A stretch of 64,000 nucleotides of DNA from a candidate division WOR-3 bacterium (GTDB lineage: Bacteria > Hydrothermota > 32-111): assembly GCA_037481815.1 (NCBI GenBank), contig JBBFKX010000001.1, positions 128,001 through 192,000 of the forward strand, in the 5' to 3' direction. Both the position numbers and the translations under genes were made by a program. Numbering within the stretch: position 1 is the first letter of the stretch; every line of letters starts with the position of its first letter. This document shows positions 1 to 9,128 of this stretch, piece after piece. The notes beneath the pieces are model-generated. The model was not told where the DNA came from, did not search any database, and saw only the letters and a program-made list of their open reading frames with translations.

Positions 1-296
1 TTGATGTTTTCCATCACACATGTTTGAATAATGGAGAATCAATTTACGAGGGAATTAAAGAAGCGATAAAAACCTGGAAAAAGATAGATGGGGAACTCAT
101 CGTTGATTACAGTTCACAGGGGGAAAACAAAAAAAGATGCTCACATTCTTATGATATCGACGAGAACGATTTTAAAGAATTCCTTATTAAAACAAAAGGG
201 TTGGATTTTGATGTTATGCTTGAAATAAAAAATAAAGAAAAAAGCGTATTGAAGGCACAGAAAATTTTAAGAGAGGTAACTGATGGAAAGATTTGA
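1..296 (+). CDS. uvsE: UV-damage endonuclease, C-terminal part (5' truncated by window)
   Basis: Frame is open from the window start (DVFHHTC...). Motifs DYSSQ, SH and DFDVMLEIKNKEKS are typical of the UvsE C-terminus. Confidence 0.8.
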   Translation, partial: DVFHHTCLNNGESIYEGIKEAIKTWKKIDGELIVDYSSQGENKKRCSHSYDIDENDFKEFLIKTKGLDFDVMLEIKNKEKSVLKAQKILREVTDGKI

Positions 297-1206
297 TAGG
301 CCAAAAATTTTAGTAAGTAGATGTCTTGGGTTTGAACCTGTTAGGTGGAACGGAATAGTTATTCAAGATGATTTTATTAAAAAGTTAGCCAGATATGTAG
401 ATTTTGTAACTGTTTGTCCGGAGGTTGAAATCGGGCTTGGAGTTCCTCGAGATCCAATAAGAATAGTTAAAAAGGATAAATCTTACTTTTTGATACAACA
501 TAATACAGAAAAGGACATAACTGATAGAATGGAAAAATTTTCAAAACATTTTCTCAAAAATCAGATAGATTTTGATGGGGTGATTTTAAAGGAAAAATCA
601 CCTTCGTGTGGGATTAAAAATGTTAAAGTTTATAATAAGGATGGTAATGTTGTTGAAAATGGATCTGGATTCTTTGCAAAAAATGTTTTAGAATTGTATC
701 CAGATATTCCTTTAGAATCTGAAGGCCGATTGAAAAATATGTATTTAAAAGAAAATTTTCTAACAAAAATTTTTTTAATTTCAGGTTTCAGAAAACTCGA
801 AAAAAACATGAAAGAACTTATAAATTTTCATTCGAAAAACAAATATCTTTTTCTTGCATACAATCAAAGGATGTTAAGAGATTTAGGAAAAATAGTCGCA
901 AACCATGAAAATTATCTTATCGATACTGTTTTTTTACTTTATGAGCAGGTTTTGCTTTCTGGTTTAAAAATAAATTATAGAAGAACATCTTTTTATAACA
1001 CTTTTCTTCATATTCTTGGTTATTTTAAAGATAGAATTAAAAAGGATGAAAAGGATTTTATCCTCGAAAACCTTGATGAGTTTAAAAATGAAAAGTTGGA
1101 TTTAACAACGGTTTTAAAACTTTTACAGTCGTATGTAATAAGATTTGATATTGAGTATTTGAAAGGACAAACTATTTTTAAACCATTTCCAAAAAATTTG
1201 ATATAG
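283..1206 (+). CDS. DUF523 (TudS)-DUF1722 fusion, YbgA/RudS-like thiouridine desulfidase
   Basis: SRCLG, VCPEVEIGLGVPR and KSPSCG cysteine motifs; C-terminal FHSKNKY...HILGYFK...YLKGQTIF DUF1722-like region. Confidence 0.85.
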   Translation: MERFDRPKILVSRCLGFEPVRWNGIVIQDDFIKKLARYVDFVTVCPEVEIGLGVPRDPIRIVKKDKSYFLIQHNTEKDITDRMEKFSKHFLKNQIDFDGVILKEKSPSCGIKNVKVYNKDGNVVENGSGFFAKNVLELYPDIPLESEGRLKNMYLKENFLTKIFLISGFRKLEKNMKELINFHSKNKYLFLAYNQRMLRDLGKIVANHENYLIDTVFLLYEQVLLSGLKINYRRTSFYNTFLHILGYFKDRIKKDEKDFILENLDEFKNEKLDLTTVLKLLQSYVIRFDIEYLKGQTIFKPFPKNLI

Positions 1207-1215
1207 GAGCCGAAT

Positions 1216-2172
1216 ATGTGGTTTGCTATTTACCCTTCTTCAAAATTGAAAAATAAACCAGTTGGCATCAAAAGATGTGGATTTGAACTCGTACTTTGGA
1301 GAGATCAAACTAATAAAGTTTGTTGTATTGAGGACTTTTGTGTTCATAGAAAAGCGAGGTTGTCAAAGGGAAAAATCTTTAATGGAAAGTTGCAGTGTCC
1401 TTTTCATGGTTTTGAATATGAAGGAAATGGTTCAGTTAAAACGATACCTGCTTATGGAAGAAACTTTAAGGTTGGAAGAGAGTTTTATGTTAAAAATTAT
1501 ATTGTTGAAGAAAAGGAAAATTTTATTTGGCTATGGATTGGGAATGAAACACCAACAGATTCACCAAAATTTTTTGATGATATTGATACTGGATTTTCAT
1601 ATTCTGAATATGAAGAAGAATGGAGTGTTCCATTTACAAGATCTGTTGAAAACCAACTCGATGTTATGCATCTACCTTTTGTTCATCATAACACGATAGG
1701 AATGGGAGGTAAAACTGTTGTGAATGGTCCGGTTGTCAAATGGATAGATGAAAAAAAATTTTTTTTCTATGTGTTCAATGAGAAAGAAAATGGATTTGTT
1801 GCAAAAAAACCAGAAGAGTTAAAGATTGAAGATAGTTCAATATATCTGGAATTCATTTTCCCAAATGTATGGCAAAACCATATATCGAAAAAAGTCAGAG
1901 TCGTTGCTTTTTTTGCTCCAGTAGATAAAGAAAAAAGTGTTGTTTATTTAAGATTTTATATAAAACTGTTTCCTCTGTCCTTTCTTAACAGAATAGTTGC
2001 TGATTTAGGAATGATATTCAATAAGATAATTTTGCATCAGGATAGAAGAGTTGTTCTAACACAGAGAAAAGATATTTTTAACGACAAACTTGTTCAAGGT
2101 GATCTACCAATAATCGAGTTCAGGAAAAAACTTTTGCAAGTAAAAGAAAATGTAAAAGATTTTATTCCTTGA
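1216..2172 (+). CDS. Rieske non-heme iron oxygenase (VanA/KshA-like alpha subunit)
   Basis: Rieske motifs CVH...CPFHG; mononuclear iron motif ENQLDVMHLPFVH; C-terminal QD. Confidence 0.85.
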   Translation: MWFAIYPSSKLKNKPVGIKRCGFELVLWRDQTNKVCCIEDFCVHRKARLSKGKIFNGKLQCPFHGFEYEGNGSVKTIPAYGRNFKVGREFYVKNYIVEEKENFIWLWIGNETPTDSPKFFDDIDTGFSYSEYEEEWSVPFTRSVENQLDVMHLPFVHHNTIGMGGKTVVNGPVVKWIDEKKFFFYVFNEKENGFVAKKPEELKIEDSSIYLEFIFPNVWQNHISKKVRVVAFFAPVDKEKSVVYLRFYIKLFPLSFLNRIVADLGMIFNKIILHQDRRVVLTQRKDIFNDKLVQGDLPIIEFRKKLLQVKENVKDFIP

Positions 2173-2650
2173 TAAACTTTAAATCGTTTGGATTGCAATA
2201 AATTCTTTGAGAGTAGATACCTGTGTATAGATAATCTATAAATCCTTCCATAAGATCTGTTAAATAGTTTAGTTCACCAAATGTAGGATCATCATATTTA
2301 CTTAAATATATTCTTGTTCCATTGATTGTCCCGGTCAGATATATAGGTGATGGCTCAGGAACAATTCCTGTTTCGTCGACAAGAGGAGTAAATCCAGATC
2401 TTGTATATTTCCATTCTATATCAACTTCATTTGATGAATATGTTTGAGAAATTTTCATCTCAATATCCCAGTACTCGTATGCAACAAGTTCTAAAGTCCC
2501 TGTAAAATTGTTGTAGTCAGTTTCATAGTAAACTTTTACAGGGTATGTTGTTTTCCATGTTCCGACGATGTTTCTTACAGGTGAAAGAAGAGTACATGTT
2601 GAGAAAAATAAGGATAAAAATATTAATGAAATTTTGAAAAATTTTTTCAC
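2162..2650 (-). CDS. hypothetical lipoprotein
   Basis: GTG start with AGGAGGAG RBS; signal peptide with lipobox-like FSTC. Confidence 0.7.
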   Translation of the reverse strand: MKKFFKISLIFLSLFFSTCTLLSPVRNIVGTWKTTYPVKVYYETDYNNFTGTLELVAYEYWDIEMKISQTYSSNEVDIEWKYTRSGFTPLVDETGIVPEPSPIYLTGTINGTRIYLSKYDDPTFGELNYLTDLMEGFIDYLYTGIYSQRIYCNPNDLKFIKE

Positions 2651-2667
2651 TACTCCTCCTTTTTATC

Positions 2668-2695
2668 ATTTTAATCGAAATCGATTTTAAGTCAA
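2668..2695 (-). promoter_or_regulatory. putative sigma-70 promoter TTGACT-N16-TAAAAT
   Basis: Hexamers read directly upstream of the 2650 start. Confidence 0.55.
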
Positions 2696-2712
2696 TTTAT
2701 AATTTTTTTGTA

Positions 2713-2740
2713 TTGTAAAAAGGATAAAAAAAGGTAAAAT
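2713..2740 (+). promoter_or_regulatory. putative sigma-70 promoter TTGTAA-N16-TAAAAT (leaderless candidate)
   Basis: The -10 ends 6 nt before ATG 2747. Confidence 0.5.
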
Positions 2741-2746
2741 AATTTT

Positions 2747-3088
2747 ATGGAATTAAAATTTTTTGATCAACTCGATATTGGTATTACAGTATGTGATAGG
2801 GAAGGAACAATAATTTACATGAACGAGAAAGCAAAAAAAATTTTTCAGGATTATGGAGAAAATTTGATTGGGAAATCAGTGTTTGATTGTCATCCTGAAC
2901 CTGCAAGATCAAAATTGCAGGAGATGATGAGCAAACAGGAAAAGAATGTTTATACAATCGAAAAGAAAGGGATCAAAAAATTGATCTACCAAAGTCCTTT
3001 TTATATCGATGGGGAGTACTCCGGTTTTTATGAACTCTCGTTAGAGATTCCATTTGAGATGAAAAATTTTAAAAGAGATAAGGAGTGA
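2747..3088 (+). CDS. stand-alone PAS domain protein
   Basis: GITVCDREGTIIYMN...LIGKSVFDCHP PAS signature. Confidence 0.8.
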   Translation: MELKFFDQLDIGITVCDREGTIIYMNEKAKKIFQDYGENLIGKSVFDCHPEPARSKLQEMMSKQEKNVYTIEKKGIKKLIYQSPFYIDGEYSGFYELSLEIPFEMKNFKRDKE

Positions 3089-3522
3089 ATATGAAGAAAA
3101 AAAATAACAGTTTATTTTTCCTTGGATTAACAGGAGTAATAATCGTTGGTTCATTTTTTATTGCTGATCTTTTCAACACTTTTTTTGGAAACAAAAATAT
3201 CTATTGGACTGCAACGACGATGATGATGCCTTATGAAAAAAGCACAAACGATTTTGAAATTTTTATTAGAGGTGAACTTTTACAGAAAAGTATAACTGAG
3301 AATAAATTAGTTCTCTACGATAAAAATGAGACATTTACGAATGTTACACTTGACGATTTAAGTTACAGGTTGAACAACTATTATAAAGTGAAGTCGGCAA
3401 ATCTAACGAAACTAATCTTTACTTCATTTTTCTTTGGAGTTTTCGTTTCAATTTTTATAGTTTCTTTTTTTGTTCCTGCACCTCTTAAAGAGTCAGAAAA
3501 GGTTGAGCAAGAAAATAGATAA
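3085..3522 (+). CDS. hypothetical membrane protein (2 TM)
   Basis: N- and C-terminal hydrophobic segments; overlaps the upstream stop. Confidence 0.65.
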   Translation: MNMKKKNNSLFFLGLTGVIIVGSFFIADLFNTFFGNKNIYWTATTMMMPYEKSTNDFEIFIRGELLQKSITENKLVLYDKNETFTNVTLDDLSYRLNNYYKVKSANLTKLIFTSFFFGVFVSIFIVSFFVPAPLKESEKVEQENR

Positions 3523-3527
3523 TTTTA

Positions 3528-4910
3528 ATGGATTTTTTTAAGTTTAAAGTTTTTTTTGCAGATTTTGAAACACAAAATTTTTTAGTATTTTATCTTTTTT
3601 CAAAATACACTTTTAAACATTTTTCAAAGAGGGATATAGAAAATTACCAGAGAATTAAAAGAAATCTTGTTGTTGAGTATGCATTTAGAAAGTCAGAATT
3701 TTTCAACAAACTTTACAGTGGATATGATCTAAAAGATTTCAAAAAACTCCCGATAATAAATAAAAAGATTATGATGGATAATCTAACAGCATATAACACG
3801 CTCGGATTGAAGAAAGAAGAGATTATCAATTTTTGTTGTGAGGTTGAAAAAAGCAGGGATTTTTCAAGAAGGTTTAAAGGACTTAACATAGGAATGTCTT
3901 CAGGCACAAGTGGTAATAAAGGAGTTGAAATCGTTACTCCAAGAGAAGAAATGTATATGAAAGCAGCATTTTTAGCAAGATTCGATTTTCCAGAAAATCA
4001 AAAGATGAGAATCGCATTCATATTGAGGGTCAGTGCTCCGGCATTTAATTTTAACATTTTAGGACACTCTTTTAGTTATATCAGTCAACTTGATAGTATT
4101 GAAAATATCTGCAGAAAACTTGAAAATATAAACCCGAATATAATTTCAGCACCACCTTCGATGTTAAAACTAATCGCTAAACATGTTAAGAATGGCCTAT
4201 ACAAAATTAAACCGAAAAGAGTAATTTCTTATGCTGAAATACTTTATCCTGATGTAAAAATTTTTCTTAAAGAAGTTTTCAATTGCCCAATCCATGAAAT
4301 ATATAAAGCTACAGAAGGTCCTATTGGAATAACATGTGAGAAGGAAAATCTACATATAAATGAAGATCTTGTTTATGTTGAAACTTTAAACAAAGATTTC
4401 AGTGAAACTCCCGCAGGGCAACAATGTGAAAAACTTATTATCACAGATCTTCATAAAAGGGCACAGCCGATTATACGCTATAACCTTAACGATGTGATAA
4501 CGATAAGTCCAAAAAGATGTTCGTGCGGTTCGAATTTTAGGGTTATTGAAAGTATTGTTGGAAGAAACGATCATCTTTTTTATGGTGAAAAAAGCGATCG
4601 AGAAGGTTTACAGTTCATTTCACCGGATTACATTTCAAGAGCGATAATAACAAGTTCAGAAAAGATTGAGGAATATCAGGTATTTCAGAAAAATCCTAAA
4701 AAACTTTTTATCAAAATCGAATTAAAGGAAAACGAGAAAGATGAATCTTTTGAAAAAGAAAATTTGGTTATAAGTATAAAAAAGGTCTTCAAAGATTACG
4801 GATGTAAAGAACCTGAAATAGAAATATCTTTCGAAAATATAAGTGAAAATAGAAATTCTAATAAATTCATAAGAATGGTAAGAGAGTTTGAAGTGAAGGA
4901 GGATCTGTGA
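3528..4910 (+). CDS. PaaK/F390-synthetase-like adenylate-forming enzyme
   Basis: SSGTSG loop, YKATEG, IIRYNLND, CSCG, GRND motifs. Confidence 0.8.
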   Translation: MDFFKFKVFFADFETQNFLVFYLFSKYTFKHFSKRDIENYQRIKRNLVVEYAFRKSEFFNKLYSGYDLKDFKKLPIINKKIMMDNLTAYNTLGLKKEEIINFCCEVEKSRDFSRRFKGLNIGMSSGTSGNKGVEIVTPREEMYMKAAFLARFDFPENQKMRIAFILRVSAPAFNFNILGHSFSYISQLDSIENICRKLENINPNIISAPPSMLKLIAKHVKNGLYKIKPKRVISYAEILYPDVKIFLKEVFNCPIHEIYKATEGPIGITCEKENLHINEDLVYVETLNKDFSETPAGQQCEKLIITDLHKRAQPIIRYNLNDVITISPKRCSCGSNFRVIESIVGRNDHLFYGEKSDREGLQFISPDYISRAIITSSEKIEEYQVFQKNPKKLFIKIELKENEKDESFEKENLVISIKKVFKDYGCKEPEIEISFENISENRNSNKFIRMVREFEVKEDL

Positions 4911-6106
4911 AAGATAGGATTTTGACTTTGGATATCATAAGAGGTTTAGCGATGATCTTCATTATATTTTTTCATTGTTCAATATACAACTACGATAGAA
5001 TTCATATGATAGATTTTTCTAATCCACCAATCTTTATAGTTTTGATAAGTTTTATGGCGTTATGGGGAGGAATCTTTATCATTTATTCTTCGATTGTGAA
5101 CACTTTTGTGTTTTTAAAAAGGGAAGAAGAAGATGAAAATAAAAATATGGGGAAAATTTTACTTTTTTCATTTTTAATTTACATTATAGTACATTTTTAT
5201 TTGAACCTTGTTGCTGGTAGATGGAATGTTGATTTCGTAAACAATAAACCTGACCTTACTCTATATGCTGCTTTGTTAAGAAGTAGTATGGACCAGTTTC
5301 ATCCTTACAAAAAACTTTTTGATGGATCATCGATTTCGACTATTGCTTTTAATATCGTTTTACTTTCATTTTTACAAATTATGTTCAAAAAATTAAAATT
5401 CAAAAGGGATTTGATTTACAATTTTTTGTTCATTGCAGGTTTTTCGATAATTTTTTTATCTTTTATTAGAGTTGATATTTATAATTATTTTGATCTGCTG
5501 AAAGTGAATAAAGTTTTCTTCCCTGCAATCGTGTTAACATTTTTCATAGCAAACCCATATCCTTTGATAACCTATTTTTCATATGGATTGTTCGGAATGC
5601 TTATAGGTTATTTGATATTTGATAAAAGGGAAGATATTTTAAAAAAAGTTGTTTTACCGACATCTTTGTTTTTAATTCTTTATGGCTTCTATGGAATGTC
5701 GAAATTTCCTAAATCGATTTCAAAGCCGGATTTATTCTGGTACTTCAAAACAAATTTTGAACTTGGATTTTTTATGTTTAGTATAATTTTGATCTATCTT
5801 TTATTTGAGAGAAAGAAAAATGTTTTAAAAAACTTTTATTTAATATATAATTTCAGTAGGGTCAGTCTTTCAATATATATTATGGAAGTTTTGCTTTCAG
5901 AATTGTTTAGAAAAATTTATTTAAAGTTGAACCCGGGATGGAACCTTGATATGAACAAAACCTTTTTGTTCGGGTTTTTCAATGTCTTGTTGTGGATGTT
6001 AATTGTGAATTTCTGGAGTAAGATAAATTTTAAATACAGTTTTGAGTATTTCTGGGTAAAGTTTTTTAAAATATTGGAGAAGAGTTCCACAAAGTTGAAA
6101 ATTTAA
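4907..6106 (+). CDS. polytopic membrane acyltransferase-like protein (HGSNAT/DUF418-like)
   Basis: N-terminal RILTLDIIRGLAM..H, SLSIY and FEYFW motifs; about 10 TM segments. Confidence 0.65.
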   Translation: MKDRILTLDIIRGLAMIFIIFFHCSIYNYDRIHMIDFSNPPIFIVLISFMALWGGIFIIYSSIVNTFVFLKREEEDENKNMGKILLFSFLIYIIVHFYLNLVAGRWNVDFVNNKPDLTLYAALLRSSMDQFHPYKKLFDGSSISTIAFNIVLLSFLQIMFKKLKFKRDLIYNFLFIAGFSIIFLSFIRVDIYNYFDLLKVNKVFFPAIVLTFFIANPYPLITYFSYGLFGMLIGYLIFDKREDILKKVVLPTSLFLILYGFYGMSKFPKSISKPDLFWYFKTNFELGFFMFSIILIYLLFERKKNVLKNFYLIYNFSRVSLSIYIMEVLLSELFRKIYLKLNPGWNLDMNKTFLFGFFNVLLWMLIVNFWSKINFKYSFEYFWVKFFKILEKSSTKLKI

Positions 6107-6119
6107 AAGGAGATTTTTT

Positions 6120-7343
6120 ATGAAGAAGTTTTTTAATTTGATGATTTTTCTTCTTGTTATTTTATCTTTTTCTTGTGCGAAATCTGATAATGTAAAAAAG
6201 GTTGAAAATCAAGATAACACTTTTTCAAAAAATCTAAATTTTTACAATCTTTTTGGTTTTGAACTTTTGAACAGGTTGTATGATAAAGATGAAAATGTAG
6301 TTATATCTCCCTTCAGTATATCGAGTGCATTGGCAATAACATATGAAGGTGCAGGTGGAGAAACAGAAAAAGAGATAAAAAAGGTTTTTCATTTTCCTGA
6401 CAAGGAAGTTTTAAGGGGTATTTATTCAAAGGAGATCAGGTATTTTGATAAAGAATCAAAAGAGATTACTGTAAAGATATCGAATGGTTTATGGATGGAA
6501 AAGTCGTATAGTTTTAAGGATGAGTATCCAAAAACTGTAAAAGAAAACTATAAATCTTTTGCAGAAAAAGTTGATTTTGTAAATCAAACCGAAGAGTCAA
6601 GGTTAAAGATAAATAAATTTATAGAAGATTTTACCGAGCAAAAGATAAAAGATTTTTTACCAAAAGGGATAATCGATAAATCAACAACACTTGTTATAAC
6701 AAACGCAATATATTTCAACGCAATATGGAAAAAGCAATTTGAAAAGAAATATACCTTTGAAGAAGATTTTATTGTAGATGGGGATAAAAAAGTAAAATGT
6801 AAAATGATGTCAACAGATCTTGAACAACCTTTAAAATATTTTGAAAATGATAAATTTTTTATTGTTGAATTTCCCTATGCAGATACAAACTACTCTGCGA
6901 TATTTCTTGTTCCTTTTGATGGAATGAAAAGTATTTTCCCGCTTGATTATGTCGACTTAAAAAATTGTTTTGATTCAATGAGATTTGAAAAATTTGATAG
7001 AATATCTTTCCCAAAATTTAAACTTGAAAAAAAATATCTTCTTAACGATGTTTTGATCGAGATGGGGATGAAAAAATCCTTTACCCCTGAAGCCGATTTT
7101 TCATATATGACAGATTATAATGACCTTTACATAAGTAATGTTATACATCAATCTTTTTTGAAAGTTGATGAAGAAGGTAGTGAGGCAGCAGCAGCAACTG
7201 GTGTCATAATAGTTAAAGAAACAGCTGTTATTCAGAAGAGAATTTTAAAAATAAATAGACCATTTTTGTTTTTTATAGTTGAAAATCAAACAGGAGATAT
7301 TCTTTTTGTTGCGAAAATTGAAAATCCACATTTTGAAGAGTAA
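6120..7343 (+). CDS. serpin family lipoprotein
   Basis: ISPFSI, NAIYFNAIW, hinge VDEEGSEAAAAT and INRPFLF serpin signature; lipobox LSFSC. Confidence 0.92.
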   Translation: MKKFFNLMIFLLVILSFSCAKSDNVKKVENQDNTFSKNLNFYNLFGFELLNRLYDKDENVVISPFSISSALAITYEGAGGETEKEIKKVFHFPDKEVLRGIYSKEIRYFDKESKEITVKISNGLWMEKSYSFKDEYPKTVKENYKSFAEKVDFVNQTEESRLKINKFIEDFTEQKIKDFLPKGIIDKSTTLVITNAIYFNAIWKKQFEKKYTFEEDFIVDGDKKVKCKMMSTDLEQPLKYFENDKFFIVEFPYADTNYSAIFLVPFDGMKSIFPLDYVDLKNCFDSMRFEKFDRISFPKFKLEKKYLLNDVLIEMGMKKSFTPEADFSYMTDYNDLYISNVIHQSFLKVDEEGSEAAAATGVIIVKETAVIQKRILKINRPFLFFIVENQTGDILFVAKIENPHFEE

Positions 7344-7465
7344 TGTTTTTTGGACAGTGTATTGAAATAACAACTTAATTTTTTAAAGAAAAATTTTTAA
7401 ATATTTATTTTATTGGACTTAAAAATGGTATAAATTTTGATTATGATTTTTCAAAAGGAGTTTTT

Positions 7466-7945
7466 ATGGATGAAGTAAAAAAGGATATACAGGAACTCAT
7501 CCAGAAGGTTGAAGAGGAAGAAGATAAAAAGAAAAAAGAGGTAAAAACAAAAGATAAAAACATTGAAAAGGTCGCGAAAATAGTTACTTTTATTGTTATT
7601 TTTATCCTTTTTGTAGCATCGATATTTTTTAATATGAAAAAGTTTGAACAGATGAATAAACTTACTTTATCTGAGAGTGAAATAGAAGAGAACAAAAAGG
7701 TCTTTCTGTATCTTACGGTGATGAAGATAAAGAACTTTAAAGAACAGAATGGTTTTTTACCAGAAGATTTAAAAGATTTTGTGAATGAACAGGACTCTGT
7801 TGATTACAGTATTATGGATGATTCAATATTTGAACTTTCGATAAAACAAAATGGAAAGGTTATAATTTACAATTCAAAGGATGATCCCTTAACACTTCTT
7901 CCCGAGAAATTTAAAAATTTGATTTTAGAAGAGGAGGGAAAATGA
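7466..7945 (+). CDS. membrane-anchored pseudopilin-like hypothetical protein
   Basis: Single TM, followed later by a GspG-like FKEQNGFLPEDL segment; AAGGAG RBS. Confidence 0.55.
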   Translation: MDEVKKDIQELIQKVEEEEDKKKKEVKTKDKNIEKVAKIVTFIVIFILFVASIFFNMKKFEQMNKLTLSESEIEENKKVFLYLTVMKIKNFKEQNGFLPEDLKDFVNEQDSVDYSIMDDSIFELSIKQNGKVIIYNSKDDPLTLLPEKFKNLILEEEGK

Positions 7946-8406
7946 AGAAAGGATTTTCTTTGGTTGAGTTGATGGTTGTTATTTTGATTATATCAATAAT
8001 TGTTAATTTTGCACTTCCATCATTTTATGAAGCTAAAAAAACAGCAGAGGCAGCAAAAGTCATAACTGATTTTGAAGTTATTAGAGAAGCTGTTATCGCT
8101 TACTATGTTGATACTGGTAAATTCCCTCCTGATTATGGCCCTGGCACAGTACCAAAAGAATTAAAAAAATATTTACCAAAGGGATTTAAATTTAATTATA
8201 AACCACAAAAAGATATAAGGTATGACTGGGAAAATTGGATAGTCAACAATAAACCAAAACATCCAAAAACTGGAATACTCTATGGAATCTCTTTAACCAC
8301 AAAAGATAAAGCTCTTGTTAAAAAGGTTAAAGGTGTTTTTAAAGGTGCATTTCAGTACTCTTTAAATGATAATTATACTTTTGTTTTGGAGTATATCAAA
8401 AAGTAA
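7942..8406 (+). CDS. type IV pilin / T2SS pseudopilin (prepilin cleavage motif)
   Basis: MKKG|FSLVELMVV class III signal; YYVDTGKFP. Confidence 0.88.
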   Translation: MKKGFSLVELMVVILIISIIVNFALPSFYEAKKTAEAAKVITDFEVIREAVIAYYVDTGKFPPDYGPGTVPKELKKYLPKGFKFNYKPQKDIRYDWENWIVNNKPKHPKTGILYGISLTTKDKALVKKVKGVFKGAFQYSLNDNYTFVLEYIKK

Positions 8407-8550
8407 TCAAGAGAAAAACTTTTAGTAATTTCATTATTAACTTTGTGAATTACACCATTTTTAAAGGAAAGTATATTGTTGTAACTATTATAAATAATTA
8501 GATTTATAGAAAAATGTCAAAAAGTCAAGCACCGTCCCCGAAATTAATAA

Positions 8551-8578
8551 TTGACATTGAAAAAAACTGGAGTAAAAT
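8551..8578 (+). promoter_or_regulatory. putative sigma-70 promoter TTGACA-N16-TAAAAT (leaderless candidate)
   Basis: Consensus -35; the -10 ends 8 nt before ATG 8587. Confidence 0.55.
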
Positions 8579-8586
8579 TAAATAAA

Positions 8587-9126
8587 ATGAAAAAATTTAT
8601 TATAATTTTTTTAATTTTGTCTTTAACATCACTTTCAATCTATTCCCAAACAGAACAATCTGATAGTTTAAAATTCAAGGAAGAAAGATTAAACAAAAAA
8701 CCTTTCTGCTGTGTACAGGTTTCACCTCTGTCAAACAACCTCAACATAGCGAAAGACAATTTGGTTTTTGGTTGTTGTGTTGGATCACCTGTTACTGGTT
8801 CAATAGTGGTATCAATTGTTGGATTTGTTTTTGTTTTGGTTGTAGGAATATTTGAAGTAATTTTTACTTTAGGACAGAGTAAAACTATTATCAATTCTTT
8901 AGGTCAAATAGGTGTTCCAATTTTTATAACTCTTATTGCACTTTCAGGTTTACTCAGTTTATTCTCAATAATTTTTGTTCCGTATTATGATTATTCAGAT
9001 AAAGATATGAAAAAAACTTATAAAAATTTTATGGTTTTACTTGAAAGAGGAATCGGTTGCCTTGGTTCTGTAAGTGTTTCACTTATTTCAATCTATTTGA
9101 TTTTAAAAAATAATTCAACAGAATAA
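8587..9126 (+). CDS. hypothetical membrane protein with signal peptide
   Basis: MKKFIIIF signal peptide and about 3 TM; start moved from 8551 to ATG 8587. Confidence 0.6.
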   Translation: MKKFIIIFLILSLTSLSIYSQTEQSDSLKFKEERLNKKPFCCVQVSPLSNNLNIAKDNLVFGCCVGSPVTGSIVVSIVGFVFVLVVGIFEVIFTLGQSKTIINSLGQIGVPIFITLIALSGLLSLFSIIFVPYYDYSDKDMKKTYKNFMVLLERGIGCLGSVSVSLISIYLILKNNSTE

Positions 9127-9128
9127 AA

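Noticed and set aside
1262..1699. 145-aa alternative-frame ORF inside the Rieske gene
   Set aside because: No motifs; fully nested in a well-supported CDS.
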